Shown: positions 9,742-18,323 of the stretch, in pieces | Position numbering within the stretch: the first letter of the stretch is position 1 | How the letters are laid out: the number at the start of each line of letters is the position of its first letter | Source of the DNA: Desulfovibrio sp. | GTDB taxonomy: Bacteria > Desulfobacterota > Desulfovibrionia > Desulfovibrionales > Desulfovibrionaceae | Reading direction: 5' to 3' | DNA: 64,000 nt | Assembly (NCBI GenBank): GCA_031551885.1 | Contig: JAVBMX010000010.1 | Location: 1,083-65,082 of the forward strand | Notes under the pieces: generated by a model | The model's input: the letters and a program-made list of their open reading frames with translations, nothing else | Databases searched by the model: none | What the model was told of the DNA's origin: nothing | Translations under genes and position numbers: made by a program

Positions 9742-12318
9742 TCACTGATAGCGGCCGTTCCTGAAGTCTTCGCGAAATTGATGCACCGCGCCCTCGGAGG
9801 TCATGAGCATGTCCATCTGCCGGGTGACCTGCAGCAGCCGGCCGAGTTGATCCAAGCATTCCATGGTTCGCTCACGGGGGTATTTTTGGAAACGGGACTT
9901 TACCCTGTCGCCGCGCACGTCCACGTTGAACCCCAGGTCTTCCAACACCAGGCCGATGGCCCGGCAGCGCCTGGCCCGGCGCTCCTCGCCCGCGGCCCCG
10001 CCTTGGAAGCTGAACGAGACGTAATTCTTACTCATTGTATTGCCGCAGTAAGCATCCAATACACTGTAGTGATAACCGACGCGCGAACTGAAGTTCACCC
10101 AGCGATCGGAGATGATCGCGTAACTTTTGTCGCCGAAACGCCCATCGCCGTCCTGCGGGTTGATCAACTGCCGCCCCATGACCGACATGAACCCGCCCAT
10201 GTTCACCGGGCGGGGCCTGCGAAAAACCACGTCCGGGTGCAGCATGCCGCTCAACAAGGCTTTGAGCGGGGTGCAGACGATCTGCTCCGGGGTCACGGTC
10301 GAACTGCCCGGCTCGACCGTGGTGCCGTTGTCCAGATCGATGATGTGGAGATCGATGGGCAACGGAGCCTTGAGTTTCAAGGCGACCCCCCCGGCATCTG
10401 CGGCGGTGTCGCTGATCGAAAACATTTCGTGATAGGAAAGCTCGTGGGCGTAGCGCATCACATCATGCAGGCTTTTGCAGCCCGAAGGCGCGAACGAAGC
10501 CGCCTGCGGGTCGGTGAGATGCAGCGGCAGAATCAACTCGGCCACGTCGCTCAACAGTTTGTATACCGGCGTGTTGTGCAGGCGCACGGGGTCCAAGTTC
10601 AGGCGCAGGGGGAGCAGTTCTTCCACCACGCCGTCGTAAACCCTGCCGGAGAACGCGTCCACGGTAACGACCCGGCCCGGCTGCAGGGTATCGAGAATGC
10701 CGGGCAGATTCAACACGGTGGGTACCCGATACTCCCGGCAGATGGTGGCCATGTGCCCGCTGATGCCGCCGGTTTCGGTCAGCACCGCCTGAGCGCGGTC
10801 CAGGACGACGGCGTATTCGGCGGACGAATGACGCGCCGCCAAAATGCCGCCCTTGGGGAAGTTCAGGAGGTCTTCCGTTGAGTGGGGCACAACCACGGGA
10901 CCGTGCCCCACGCCGGGGTAGGCCACGTCGCCGCCCTCCAGAAGCAACGGATACCCTTCAAGCAACGGCGGCTTGGGGGCCGGGCCTCCGGCGGAAAGTA
11001 CATCCAGGGGGCGGGACTGCAAGAGCACGAGAGCTCCGTCCTCGTCCTTGGCCCACTCGACGTCCTGGTGGCCGCCGTAATGCTTTTCCAGGTGCATAAC
11101 CACCCGAGCCAACTCGGCCACTTCGGCGTCCGACAGGCAGAAGGCCTTCCGCTCTTCTTCGGGAACCGGATCGTCGTACATAGAGCCGTCAGGGCCGAGA
11201 ATCAACCGGCGATCTTTCATGCCCGCGCGCCGGCGCAGCGGCATGGGCGGGTTCCCACGGGTGAACACCCAGAGGTCCGGCGTGACCACGCCGTCCACCG
11301 CGTATTTGCCCAGGCCCCAGACTCCGTTGATCAGCATGGTGTCCGAGAGCAGGTTCACGGGATCATGAGAATAAGCCACGCCGCTGCTGCCGGCGTTGAT
11401 CATCTCCAGGCAACCCACGGCCATGGCGCTTTCGCTGAGGGGAATGCCCTGGTGCAGCCGATACAGGGTCGCCGAAGGCGTGAACAGGCCCGCCACCACC
11501 CTGCGCCAGCTTGCGGGAAGGTCTTCGCGCGGCACGTTGAGTTCCGTCTGGAACTGCCCGGCGAAACTTTTGTCGCCGTCTTCGGACCGCGCACTGCTGC
11601 GCACCGCCAAATGCAGAGGCTCATCACCGAAAACCGCGGTGCAGGTTTCCCGAAGGGCCTCCTCCAATTCCGGCGGCATGGGCGCCTGCTCCACAAGCGC
11701 ACGCACCTCGGCAAGAATCACGGCCAACGCTTCCCGGTCTTCGGAATCGACCCGCAGGAGCAGCTTTTCCACTTTCTCGCCCAGACCGTCATATTCCATA
11801 AACCGGTGAAAGGCCGCAATGGTCACGGCAAAACCGCGCGGAATCGGCACACCGGCCATGCTGGCCATTTCCCCCAAGCCGGCGCACTTGCCCCCGACCC
11901 AGTCCACCATGGAAAGGTCCACTTCCGTGAGGGGGATGGTGTACCTGCGGCAGGCGTCGCCACATTCGGCCGCTTGGCCGATGAGCTTGTCGAGGCCGCT
12001 TTCGATGTCGTCCACAGTCCGGTTCAGTCCCCGGTGCGCCCCGGGGCGCATGGATTCCAGGCTCTCGGCCATGCGTCGGGTCAGACGCACGGCCTGCCTG
12101 GCCGTATGCCGCACATACACCGCGCCGAACAGACTTTTGCCGGTGAGTTTTTCTTCCAAATCCCCCAGCAGCTCACCCAAGGCGGCGTTGGCGTCGATGA
12201 GCTTGCGGAAGCGGGCGTAGCGCTTGCGAAACCCCTTCACCACGGCGACGTCGTTCTGCGAAACCGTATCCACGGGCCTGCGCGGCGAGAGCATACGTAC
12301 GATCTTGTCCCACAGCAT
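9742..12318 (-). CDS. PEP synthase / PPDK-like protein (ATP-grasp + His swivel + non-canonical C-terminal domain)
   Basis: VGGKCAGLGE, AVRSSARSEDG..SFAGQF, QDVEWA, LQSRP, and swivel motif GGISGHMATICREYRVP. The C-terminus is not the pyruvate-binding barrel. Confidence 0.85.
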   Translation of the reverse strand: MLWDKIVRMLSPRRPVDTVSQNDVAVVKGFRKRYARFRKLIDANAALGELLGDLEEKLTGKSLFGAVYVRHTARQAVRLTRRMAESLESMRPGAHRGLNRTVDDIESGLDKLIGQAAECGDACRRYTIPLTEVDLSMVDWVGGKCAGLGEMASMAGVPIPRGFAVTIAAFHRFMEYDGLGEKVEKLLLRVDSEDREALAVILAEVRALVEQAPMPPELEEALRETCTAVFGDEPLHLAVRSSARSEDGDKSFAGQFQTELNVPREDLPASWRRVVAGLFTPSATLYRLHQGIPLSESAMAVGCLEMINAGSSGVAYSHDPVNLLSDTMLINGVWGLGKYAVDGVVTPDLWVFTRGNPPMPLRRRAGMKDRRLILGPDGSMYDDPVPEEERKAFCLSDAEVAELARVVMHLEKHYGGHQDVEWAKDEDGALVLLQSRPLDVLSAGGPAPKPPLLEGYPLLLEGGDVAYPGVGHGPVVVPHSTEDLLNFPKGGILAARHSSAEYAVVLDRAQAVLTETGGISGHMATICREYRVPTVLNLPGILDTLQPGRVVTVDAFSGRVYDGVVEELLPLRLNLDPVRLHNTPVYKLLSDVAELILPLHLTDPQAASFAPSGCKSLHDVMRYAHELSYHEMFSISDTAADAGGVALKLKAPLPIDLHIIDLDNGTTVEPGSSTVTPEQIVCTPLKALLSGMLHPDVVFRRPRPVNMGGFMSVMGRQLINPQDGDGRFGDKSYAIISDRWVNFSSRVGYHYSVLDAYCGNTMSKNYVSFSFQGGAAGEERRARRCRAIGLVLEDLGFNVDVRGDRVKSRFQKYPRERTMECLDQLGRLLQVTRQMDMLMTSEGAVHQFREDFRNGRYQ

Positions 12319-12322
12319 ATGC

Positions 12323-14779
12323 CTACCTCGCCCCTTGCAGGATGTATCTGGTGCCCGGCCCGGCGCCTGTCTTTTTCAAAATGCCCAACTCCACCAATTC
12401 ACGCAAATCATTTTGCGCCGTGCGCGACGATACCCCGCCGCCGGCGGCGGCTTCATACTCCGCCCTGCTGAACCCTCCGCGCCCGTTCAGCGCGGCCAAC
12501 ACCCTGGCTTGGCGCTCGTTCAGGCGTTCCCGGTCCACATCCGCCGCGGGGGGGGGGGCGGCGACCTCGTCTTCCGCCTTCCCGGCAACACTCACACGTG
12601 CTTTTTCCACGCCGCCGGGGGCGAAGTCCGGCGTTTCCTGTTCCAGCGTGATGTGCCGACGCAACAGGGTGTCCCCTTCGGCAAAGGCGACGGCTCGGGT
12701 CAGGCAGTTTTTGAACTCACGCACGTTGCCCGGCCAGTCATGGGCGGCCATGAGTTCAAGGGCGCCCCGAGAAAGACGCATCTCGGTCCGGTTCATGCTT
12801 TGGGCGGCCTCGTGCAGGCAATAGGCCGCCAACTCGGGAAGATCTTCCTTGCGCTCCCGCAACGGGGGCGTCTCGATGGTGATGATGGCCAAGCGGTAAA
12901 ACAAATCCTCACGGAAGCTGCCTTCTTTCACGCAATCGCGCAAATCCACGTTGGTCGCGGCCACCACCCGAGTGTTGAAGGGAATTTCCCGGTCCGTGCC
13001 CAACGGACGGATGCGCCGCACCGCCAAGGCCCGCAAGAGGGTTTGCTGCACTTTGAGGGAGGCGTTGGCGATTTCATCCAGCAGCAGCGTGCCGCCGTCG
13101 GCGGCCAGGAACGCGCCTTTGCGGTCGGTTTTGGCTTCGGTGAACGCGCCCTTGATGTGGCCGAAAAGCGAGTCCATCAGCAGGTTTTCGTCCAACGCGC
13201 CGCAATTGATGGAGACAAACGGCCCGCCGGCGCGCGGCCCGGCGTTGTGAATCGCCTCGGCCACCAGCTCTTTTCCCGTGCCGGTTTCACCGAAAATCAA
13301 CACATCCGTGCCCGCCTTCGCCGCCTTACGGACCTGCTCGCGCACCTCGCGCATCAGCCGCCCCGAACCGACCAGGCCGAACTCCTCCGTCACTTTCGGG
13401 CGCAGGGCCGTCTGCTGCAGATCCACGGGCAGGTTCGCCGTGGCGCTGTGCATGGCTTTGTTCATGCGCTCCAAATCGCTTTGCAAAACCATGGCCCGGG
13501 TCACCACGGAATTGGCCGCGGCCTGCAGCATCTGGTGTTCTTCACAGGTCGGACTCACGTGCAGGGCGGTCAGATCCCCGCCCGCGCCCATGTCCTCCAG
13601 TTGTAGGGCGACATCGCGCAACGGCCGGGAAATCCGCCGGCCCGCCCACACAACGACGCCCGCCAAAATCACCAAAGCCGTCGGGAGAAAAATGATAAAA
13701 GCGTTGGCTCCGCGTAAAAATATCGACAGCAGCAGCGACGAGGTCTCAAAAAAAGCAATGCCGGCCACCGGAACGGCCGGCTGCCCCTCGGCCGGGGCGA
13801 ACCGCACCGGCGCCCAGCAGAGAAAGGCCGGGTACCCGGAATAGTCTTGCGAGTAGTGGGCGGCGGAGGTTTCCGATCCGCCGCTTTTGTCGTCGCGGAT
13901 GTCGATGACCATGCGCCAGTAATCTTCATGCACGGCCCAGGGGCGGAAGGCGGCATCGTAGCCGGGGCGGGCGAAGTCGCCGGAATACCCGCCGCGTACG
14001 CTGCTGGGGAAGAAATCCTGCCCACCCGCTTCAAACAGAATCCACCCGCGCAGATCGAAAAAATAGGAGAGACGGCGATCTTCGTTGCGGGCCAACGCCT
14101 GAAGCGGCGAAGATGTATCGCCGGCCCCGTAGAGCGTTTTATACAACGCGAACAAATCGACGCCCACGATCAGCACCCCGGCGCCGTCCTTCAAGGGAAG
14201 AGCCATACGGATGAGCGCTTTGCGCACCGGCTTGGGCGCCGGCTTGCCGGAGGGGTAATGCACCACAACGGCGGGCAGCAGCATGGCCCTGCTCGGGGTC
14301 AAACTCACGGAAGCCTGCTGCTGTAGACCGGCATACGGACCGGCAAGAGCTTCCTCGGCCGGAACCTCCCACATCTCTCCGCCATCGCGCAACAGGAGAA
14401 AACCGCCCGAATTCTCATACGCTACACCAATTTCAGCCACATAGGGCAAGCTTTCGCGAAATGCGTCATCCAGACTTTCGCGAACCTGTTGCACGGTTGG
14501 ACTACCCAGATTCGCGATCCGAAAAAGCCCGTTCCGCACCCCGGAAAAAACCTCTTCCACCTTGGATGCCTGGAGTCTGGCTTCTGCTTGCGGGAGAAGG
14601 GAAACAGCCTCACGCAACGAGTCAGCCGCCACATGGTGCCCAAGCCAGATTCCGATCACTGCAAGGCATATTCCCACGGGCACAAAGAGCAGAGCCAGAC
14701 GAAAACTCAAGCCGCGATCCCTGAGGGGTCTGCCGAAGCTGGTACCCAAACGAGGGCGAAAATCCAAGCCCAGAGCCAT
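12323..14779 (-). CDS. Membrane-bound sigma54-dependent activator (sensor/HAMP-like + AAA+ + winged HTH)
   Basis: Two TM helices, GETGTGKE, SLFGHIKGAFTEA (GAFTGA variant), FREDLFYRL, WPGNVRE, and C-terminal wHTH (SRAEYE...VSSRTAQNDLRELVELG). No receiver domain. Confidence 0.92.
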   Translation of the reverse strand: MALGLDFRPRLGTSFGRPLRDRGLSFRLALLFVPVGICLAVIGIWLGHHVAADSLREAVSLLPQAEARLQASKVEEVFSGVRNGLFRIANLGSPTVQQVRESLDDAFRESLPYVAEIGVAYENSGGFLLLRDGGEMWEVPAEEALAGPYAGLQQQASVSLTPSRAMLLPAVVVHYPSGKPAPKPVRKALIRMALPLKDGAGVLIVGVDLFALYKTLYGAGDTSSPLQALARNEDRRLSYFFDLRGWILFEAGGQDFFPSSVRGGYSGDFARPGYDAAFRPWAVHEDYWRMVIDIRDDKSGGSETSAAHYSQDYSGYPAFLCWAPVRFAPAEGQPAVPVAGIAFFETSSLLLSIFLRGANAFIIFLPTALVILAGVVVWAGRRISRPLRDVALQLEDMGAGGDLTALHVSPTCEEHQMLQAAANSVVTRAMVLQSDLERMNKAMHSATANLPVDLQQTALRPKVTEEFGLVGSGRLMREVREQVRKAAKAGTDVLIFGETGTGKELVAEAIHNAGPRAGGPFVSINCGALDENLLMDSLFGHIKGAFTEAKTDRKGAFLAADGGTLLLDEIANASLKVQQTLLRALAVRRIRPLGTDREIPFNTRVVAATNVDLRDCVKEGSFREDLFYRLAIITIETPPLRERKEDLPELAAYCLHEAAQSMNRTEMRLSRGALELMAAHDWPGNVREFKNCLTRAVAFAEGDTLLRRHITLEQETPDFAPGGVEKARVSVAGKAEDEVAAPPPAADVDRERLNERQARVLAALNGRGGFSRAEYEAAAGGGVSSRTAQNDLRELVELGILKKTGAGPGTRYILQGAR

Positions 14780-14890
14780 ATTTCCTCCGTTGCACGATAA
14801 ACGGGCCTTTTCACGAAGTCACGCAAACAATATCGGCTTGTTAGAAAAATCACAAGTAAAAATATCCGGTTGGTTATCGCGCAGACACGG

Positions 14891-14907
14891 CCGGCACGAA
14901 GTGTGCT
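14891..14907 (+). promoter_or_regulatory. sigma54 (-24/-12) promoter of the TauE operon
   Basis: CCGGCACGAAGTGTGCT: GG at 14893-94, N10, GC at 14905-06. Lies 72 nt upstream of ATG 14979 and divergent from a sigma54 activator. Confidence 0.7.
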
Positions 14908-14978
14908 TTCCCTATCGACAACAAACGACGCGCAGGGCGTCGACGACGAGACAACTTTGTGACGCAACGGAGGAACGT

Positions 14979-15278
14979 ATGAAACGGTTTAAGCGGCTCT
15001 TGCTTTTACTCACGACCACGTGTCTGTGGGTATTGCCCGCCATGACGGCTTCCGCCGCCGGCGGGGGAGGCTCCCCCATCGTCATCGTGGCCGACACCAG
15101 AAAGCTCTCCGGAGTCATGCATTGGTGGGCAAGCCAATACAACGACAGCCACATGATGTTCACCGTCATGACGGTCATCCTCATTCCCCTGGTGGGCTGT
15201 CTGTTCGGCCTGATCGCGGATGTGGTGATGAACTGGATCGGCATCGACCTTAAGAAGCGTTCCATTTCCGAACACTAA
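14979..15278 (+). CDS. Small membrane protein, DVU0150-like
   Basis: GGAGGA RBS; signal peptide then IVIVADTR...W.ASQYNDSH..TM..WIGIDLKKR..EH. Confidence 0.8.
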   Translation: MKRFKRLLLLLTTTCLWVLPAMTASAAGGGGSPIVIVADTRKLSGVMHWWASQYNDSHMMFTVMTVILIPLVGCLFGLIADVVMNWIGIDLKKRSISEH

Positions 15279-15307
15279 TCGGGCAATAAGGATAAGGAGG
15301 AGACCTC

Positions 15308-16363
15308 ATGGATTGGCTCTATATCTTGATGCCCATCGCGGGCGTAAAAATTTTCTGGCCCGGCCTGATCATTCTCGGGGTCGGCGTCGGCATCATCGGC
15401 GGCTTTTTCGGCATGGGCGGGGCCTGGATGGTCACACCCGGCCTGAACATTCTGGGCTTTCCCATGGCGTTCGCCATCGGCACCGACATCGCCCACATGG
15501 CCGGAAAATCGTTGATTTCCACCATGCGTCACGGCAAGTTCGGCAACGTGGACTACAAACTCGGCATGATCATGCTCGTGGGCACGGTTGTCGGCTTCGA
15601 GGTCGGCGCCCAGATGGTCATGTGGCTTGAACGAATAGGAAGCGTTGAAAAAGTGGTGCGCTGGATCTACATCGCCCTGCTGATCTTCATTTCCTGGATG
15701 GTCTTTTATGATGTGCACAAGCGCCGGCAAAAAGACAAGGCCGCCGCGGCCGCCGGCAAGACGCTCGACGGCAACGTCACGGGCGTAAACTGGGCAGCCG
15801 CTCTGCACAAGATCCACATTCCGCCCATGGTGCACCTGACCGTTTCGGGCATCTACTGCTCCTTCTGGCTGCCGGTGTTCGTGAGCTTCTTCACCGGTTG
15901 GTTGGCGGGCATTCTGGGTATCGGCGGCGGCCTGATCCGCATGCCGGCCCTCATCTACATGGTCGGCTGCCCCACCCACGTGGCCGTGGGCACGGACCTG
16001 TTCGAAGTGATGATCTCCGGCCTCTACGGCGCGGCCACCTATACCTACAAGGGACGCACCGAGTTGGTCGCGGCCATGGTCATGCTGGTCGGCGCCTCCA
16101 TCGGCGCGCAGGTCGGCGCCGTGGCGACCAAGTACATCAAGGGTTACGGCATCCGTATCGCCTTCGGCATCTGCGTCGTGGGCTGCATGGTCTCCATCCT
16201 CATGAAGCTGGTCCAGCCCTGGGTTCCGGACCTCAAGCCCTTCCTCGACGCTTCCGCGACCGTGCTGATTCTGGGTCTGGTTTCCGGTATGTCCATTTAC
16301 ATCTTCATCCGCATGGTCGCCGGTGTGCGCGACGAACTTGCGGCCAAGAAGGCCCGCGCTTAA
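15308..16363 (+). CDS. Sulfite exporter TauE/SafE family protein
   Basis: GVGIIGGFFGMGGAWMVTP, AIGTD, GILGIGGGLIRMPAL, AVGTDL duplicated half-motifs. Confidence 0.9.
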   Translation: MDWLYILMPIAGVKIFWPGLIILGVGVGIIGGFFGMGGAWMVTPGLNILGFPMAFAIGTDIAHMAGKSLISTMRHGKFGNVDYKLGMIMLVGTVVGFEVGAQMVMWLERIGSVEKVVRWIYIALLIFISWMVFYDVHKRRQKDKAAAAAGKTLDGNVTGVNWAAALHKIHIPPMVHLTVSGIYCSFWLPVFVSFFTGWLAGILGIGGGLIRMPALIYMVGCPTHVAVGTDLFEVMISGLYGAATYTYKGRTELVAAMVMLVGASIGAQVGAVATKYIKGYGIRIAFGICVVGCMVSILMKLVQPWVPDLKPFLDASATVLILGLVSGMSIYIFIRMVAGVRDELAAKKARA

Positions 16364-16384
16364 GCGGCATAAAAGGAGGAATAC

Positions 16385-16987
16385 ATGTTCCGCAAACTGC
16401 TGCTTACCCTCCTGGCGCCGGTGGCCCTTTTCGCCCTGACCGCCTGTTCGGACTACGGTCAGGTCATCCAGGGGCGCACCGTGGCCTTTAAAGACGAGGG
16501 CGCGGTGAAGACCGTCACCTTCATCAAAGACTCCGGCATCGACGACAAAAACCCCCACTACACCGAGCTGCCCGCCGTCAACTTCACCCTGCCCACCGAT
16601 CCGGCTGAAACCGGGCAGCTGCCCAAGGCCGGGTTGCGCATGAAGTTGGATCTGGAGAAAAAGATCATTACGATGTACAATCCGGAAAAGGGCGCTTTTG
16701 AAGATCTGCCGTTCGAACTGCTCCAGAACGACACGGGCGTCAACGCCCAACACCCCCTGGTGCAGAACAAGAAGTTCCCGGAAGTCAGCGCCGCGGAATA
16801 CACCATCACCATCTTCTCGCGCCGCCAGGGTACGCTCTCGGTGATCAAGCTCGCCGCGGACGACTTCAATCGCTATAAGGAAGCGGATTGGGACGCCGGC
16901 GACGAAGTGCGCATCTACTACAAGGAAATGGGCAAGTCTTTGCGCTACATGAACGTAACCCGCACCGACCTGACAAAGAGCAAGTAA
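16385..16987 (+). CDS. Lipoprotein of the TauE cluster (DUF4881-like)
   Basis: Lipobox LTA-C, YGQVIQGRTVAF, C-terminal YMNVTRTD. Confidence 0.8.
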   Translation: MFRKLLLTLLAPVALFALTACSDYGQVIQGRTVAFKDEGAVKTVTFIKDSGIDDKNPHYTELPAVNFTLPTDPAETGQLPKAGLRMKLDLEKKIITMYNPEKGAFEDLPFELLQNDTGVNAQHPLVQNKKFPEVSAAEYTITIFSRRQGTLSVIKLAADDFNRYKEADWDAGDEVRIYYKEMGKSLRYMNVTRTDLTKSK

Positions 16988-16992
16988 CCGTC

Positions 16993-17022
16993 AACCCGGC
17001 GCGGCCCGTGCCGCGCCGGGTT
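16993..17022 (+). other. Intra-operon 13-bp GC hairpin (possible mRNA stabiliser or weak terminator)
   Basis: AACCCGGCGCGGC-CCGT-GCCGCGCCGGGTT with no long U tract. Confidence 0.5.
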
Positions 17023-17102
17023 CCTCATCCCCAGGCGCCGGAAGACCTTCTTGCGGCGCCGAGCGGAAAAGGAACCCACAACACAGAGCAGGAGGCGCCG
17101 GC

Positions 17103-17381
17103 ATGCGCGACACAACGACTTCATCCAACTACAACGCCCCGCAGCCCGCCATGGGCGAAGCCGAAGGCGTGGAGATCGCTTCCGGCCTCCACCGGCGCAT
17201 TCTGACCGTTGTCGTCAATCTGCTGGTGCTGGTGGAGCTCTTTGTGGCCATGTATTTCGCCGCCAAAGACATGGACACCCTCACCCCGGTCTTCTTCAAA
17301 GTCTTTTTCAGCCTGCTCGTGCCCACCCTGATGGGGGCATGGGCGGCCCGGCGCTTCCTTTCCCGCCGGGAAAAAGCATGA
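17103..17381 (+). CDS. Small 2-TM hypothetical protein
   Basis: AGGAGG RBS; two hydrophobic helices; ATGA overlap with the next gene. Confidence 0.75.
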   Translation: MRDTTTSSNYNAPQPAMGEAEGVEIASGLHRRILTVVVNLLVLVELFVAMYFAAKDMDTLTPVFFKVFFSLLVPTLMGAWAARRFLSRREKA

Positions 17382-18283
17382 GCCCAGCGCCGGAAGACGC
17401 GGCCGAGCGGAAACGCGCGGCCGCCCTTCTCGCCCGCGCGCGGTTTTACGGCATTCTCTGCGCCGTGCTGTTCGGGTTGGCCGCCCTGACCGTTTTGGAC
17501 GGCCTGCAAACGCTCATGCGGCATGACTTCAATCGGCTCGACCTGATTCCCGGAGAGACGCTCGCCGTCTCCGGCTCTCTACCCCAAGGGGCGGAAACAT
17601 ACGCGGATCTCACGTTCACCCTGAAAGGCTCATCGGCTCTGCGTTTCACTCCTCTGGAGTCTTTTAAAGGATTTTGGTTCGGCGGCCTGATGTGGCGGGG
17701 GCAAGTGACGGCCGCGCCGGATGCCGCGCCCGGCCGGGCGACGCTGACCATCATCGATCTTGTGCCCGCGAAGAAGGTTGCACCGGCGGATGCGAACGGC
17801 ACCGGAGGCGACGCCCCCACGCCGCCGGACGCACCGACCGAATCGACCTTGGTGCAAAACCCCATGCTGGTCCATCACATTTATATCCACGCGGATGAAG
17901 CGGCCCGGCGAAGCTCCGAGCTCTCTCTGCTGTTGCGTTTTACGGGTGTTCAGCCGTTCACCGCGGCCGTGTTCTTCTTTGTTTGCGCTGTGGTCGCCGG
18001 TTTCGCGCACTGGCGGATCTTCGGGCTGGCGGAACGGGCCCTCGCGACATTCGGAATTTTCTTCGTTCACGGCGTCAAGACGGAGACGCGGGGCACGGTC
18101 GCCGCTTTTTCCCTCTCCGGAAGGGACGACGTCGCCCCCGGGCAAAAGGTGCGGCTGCTTGACGTTTCGGGACAAGCGGTGGGCAGCGGAACCATCACGG
18201 AGATCTCCCGCAACAGGGGATTTGCCCTCTTCCCGCCCACCGGTCGGCCGCCCCGCTACGGCCGCCTCGTGACCCTTGAGTGA
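17378..18283 (+). CDS. Hypothetical membrane protein (TM - Ig-like periplasmic domain - TM)
   Basis: ATG 17378 overlaps the upstream TGA; part of ORF 17051..18283. Confidence 0.75.
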   Translation: MSPAPEDAAERKRAAALLARARFYGILCAVLFGLAALTVLDGLQTLMRHDFNRLDLIPGETLAVSGSLPQGAETYADLTFTLKGSSALRFTPLESFKGFWFGGLMWRGQVTAAPDAAPGRATLTIIDLVPAKKVAPADANGTGGDAPTPPDAPTESTLVQNPMLVHHIYIHADEAARRSSELSLLLRFTGVQPFTAAVFFFVCAVVAGFAHWRIFGLAERALATFGIFFVHGVKTETRGTVAAFSLSGRDDVAPGQKVRLLDVSGQAVGSGTITEISRNRGFALFPPTGRPPRYGRLVTLE

Positions 18284-18323
18284 ACCACTGGCCAATCTAC
18301 CGCCGGACCGGCAGGAGCGCGCC

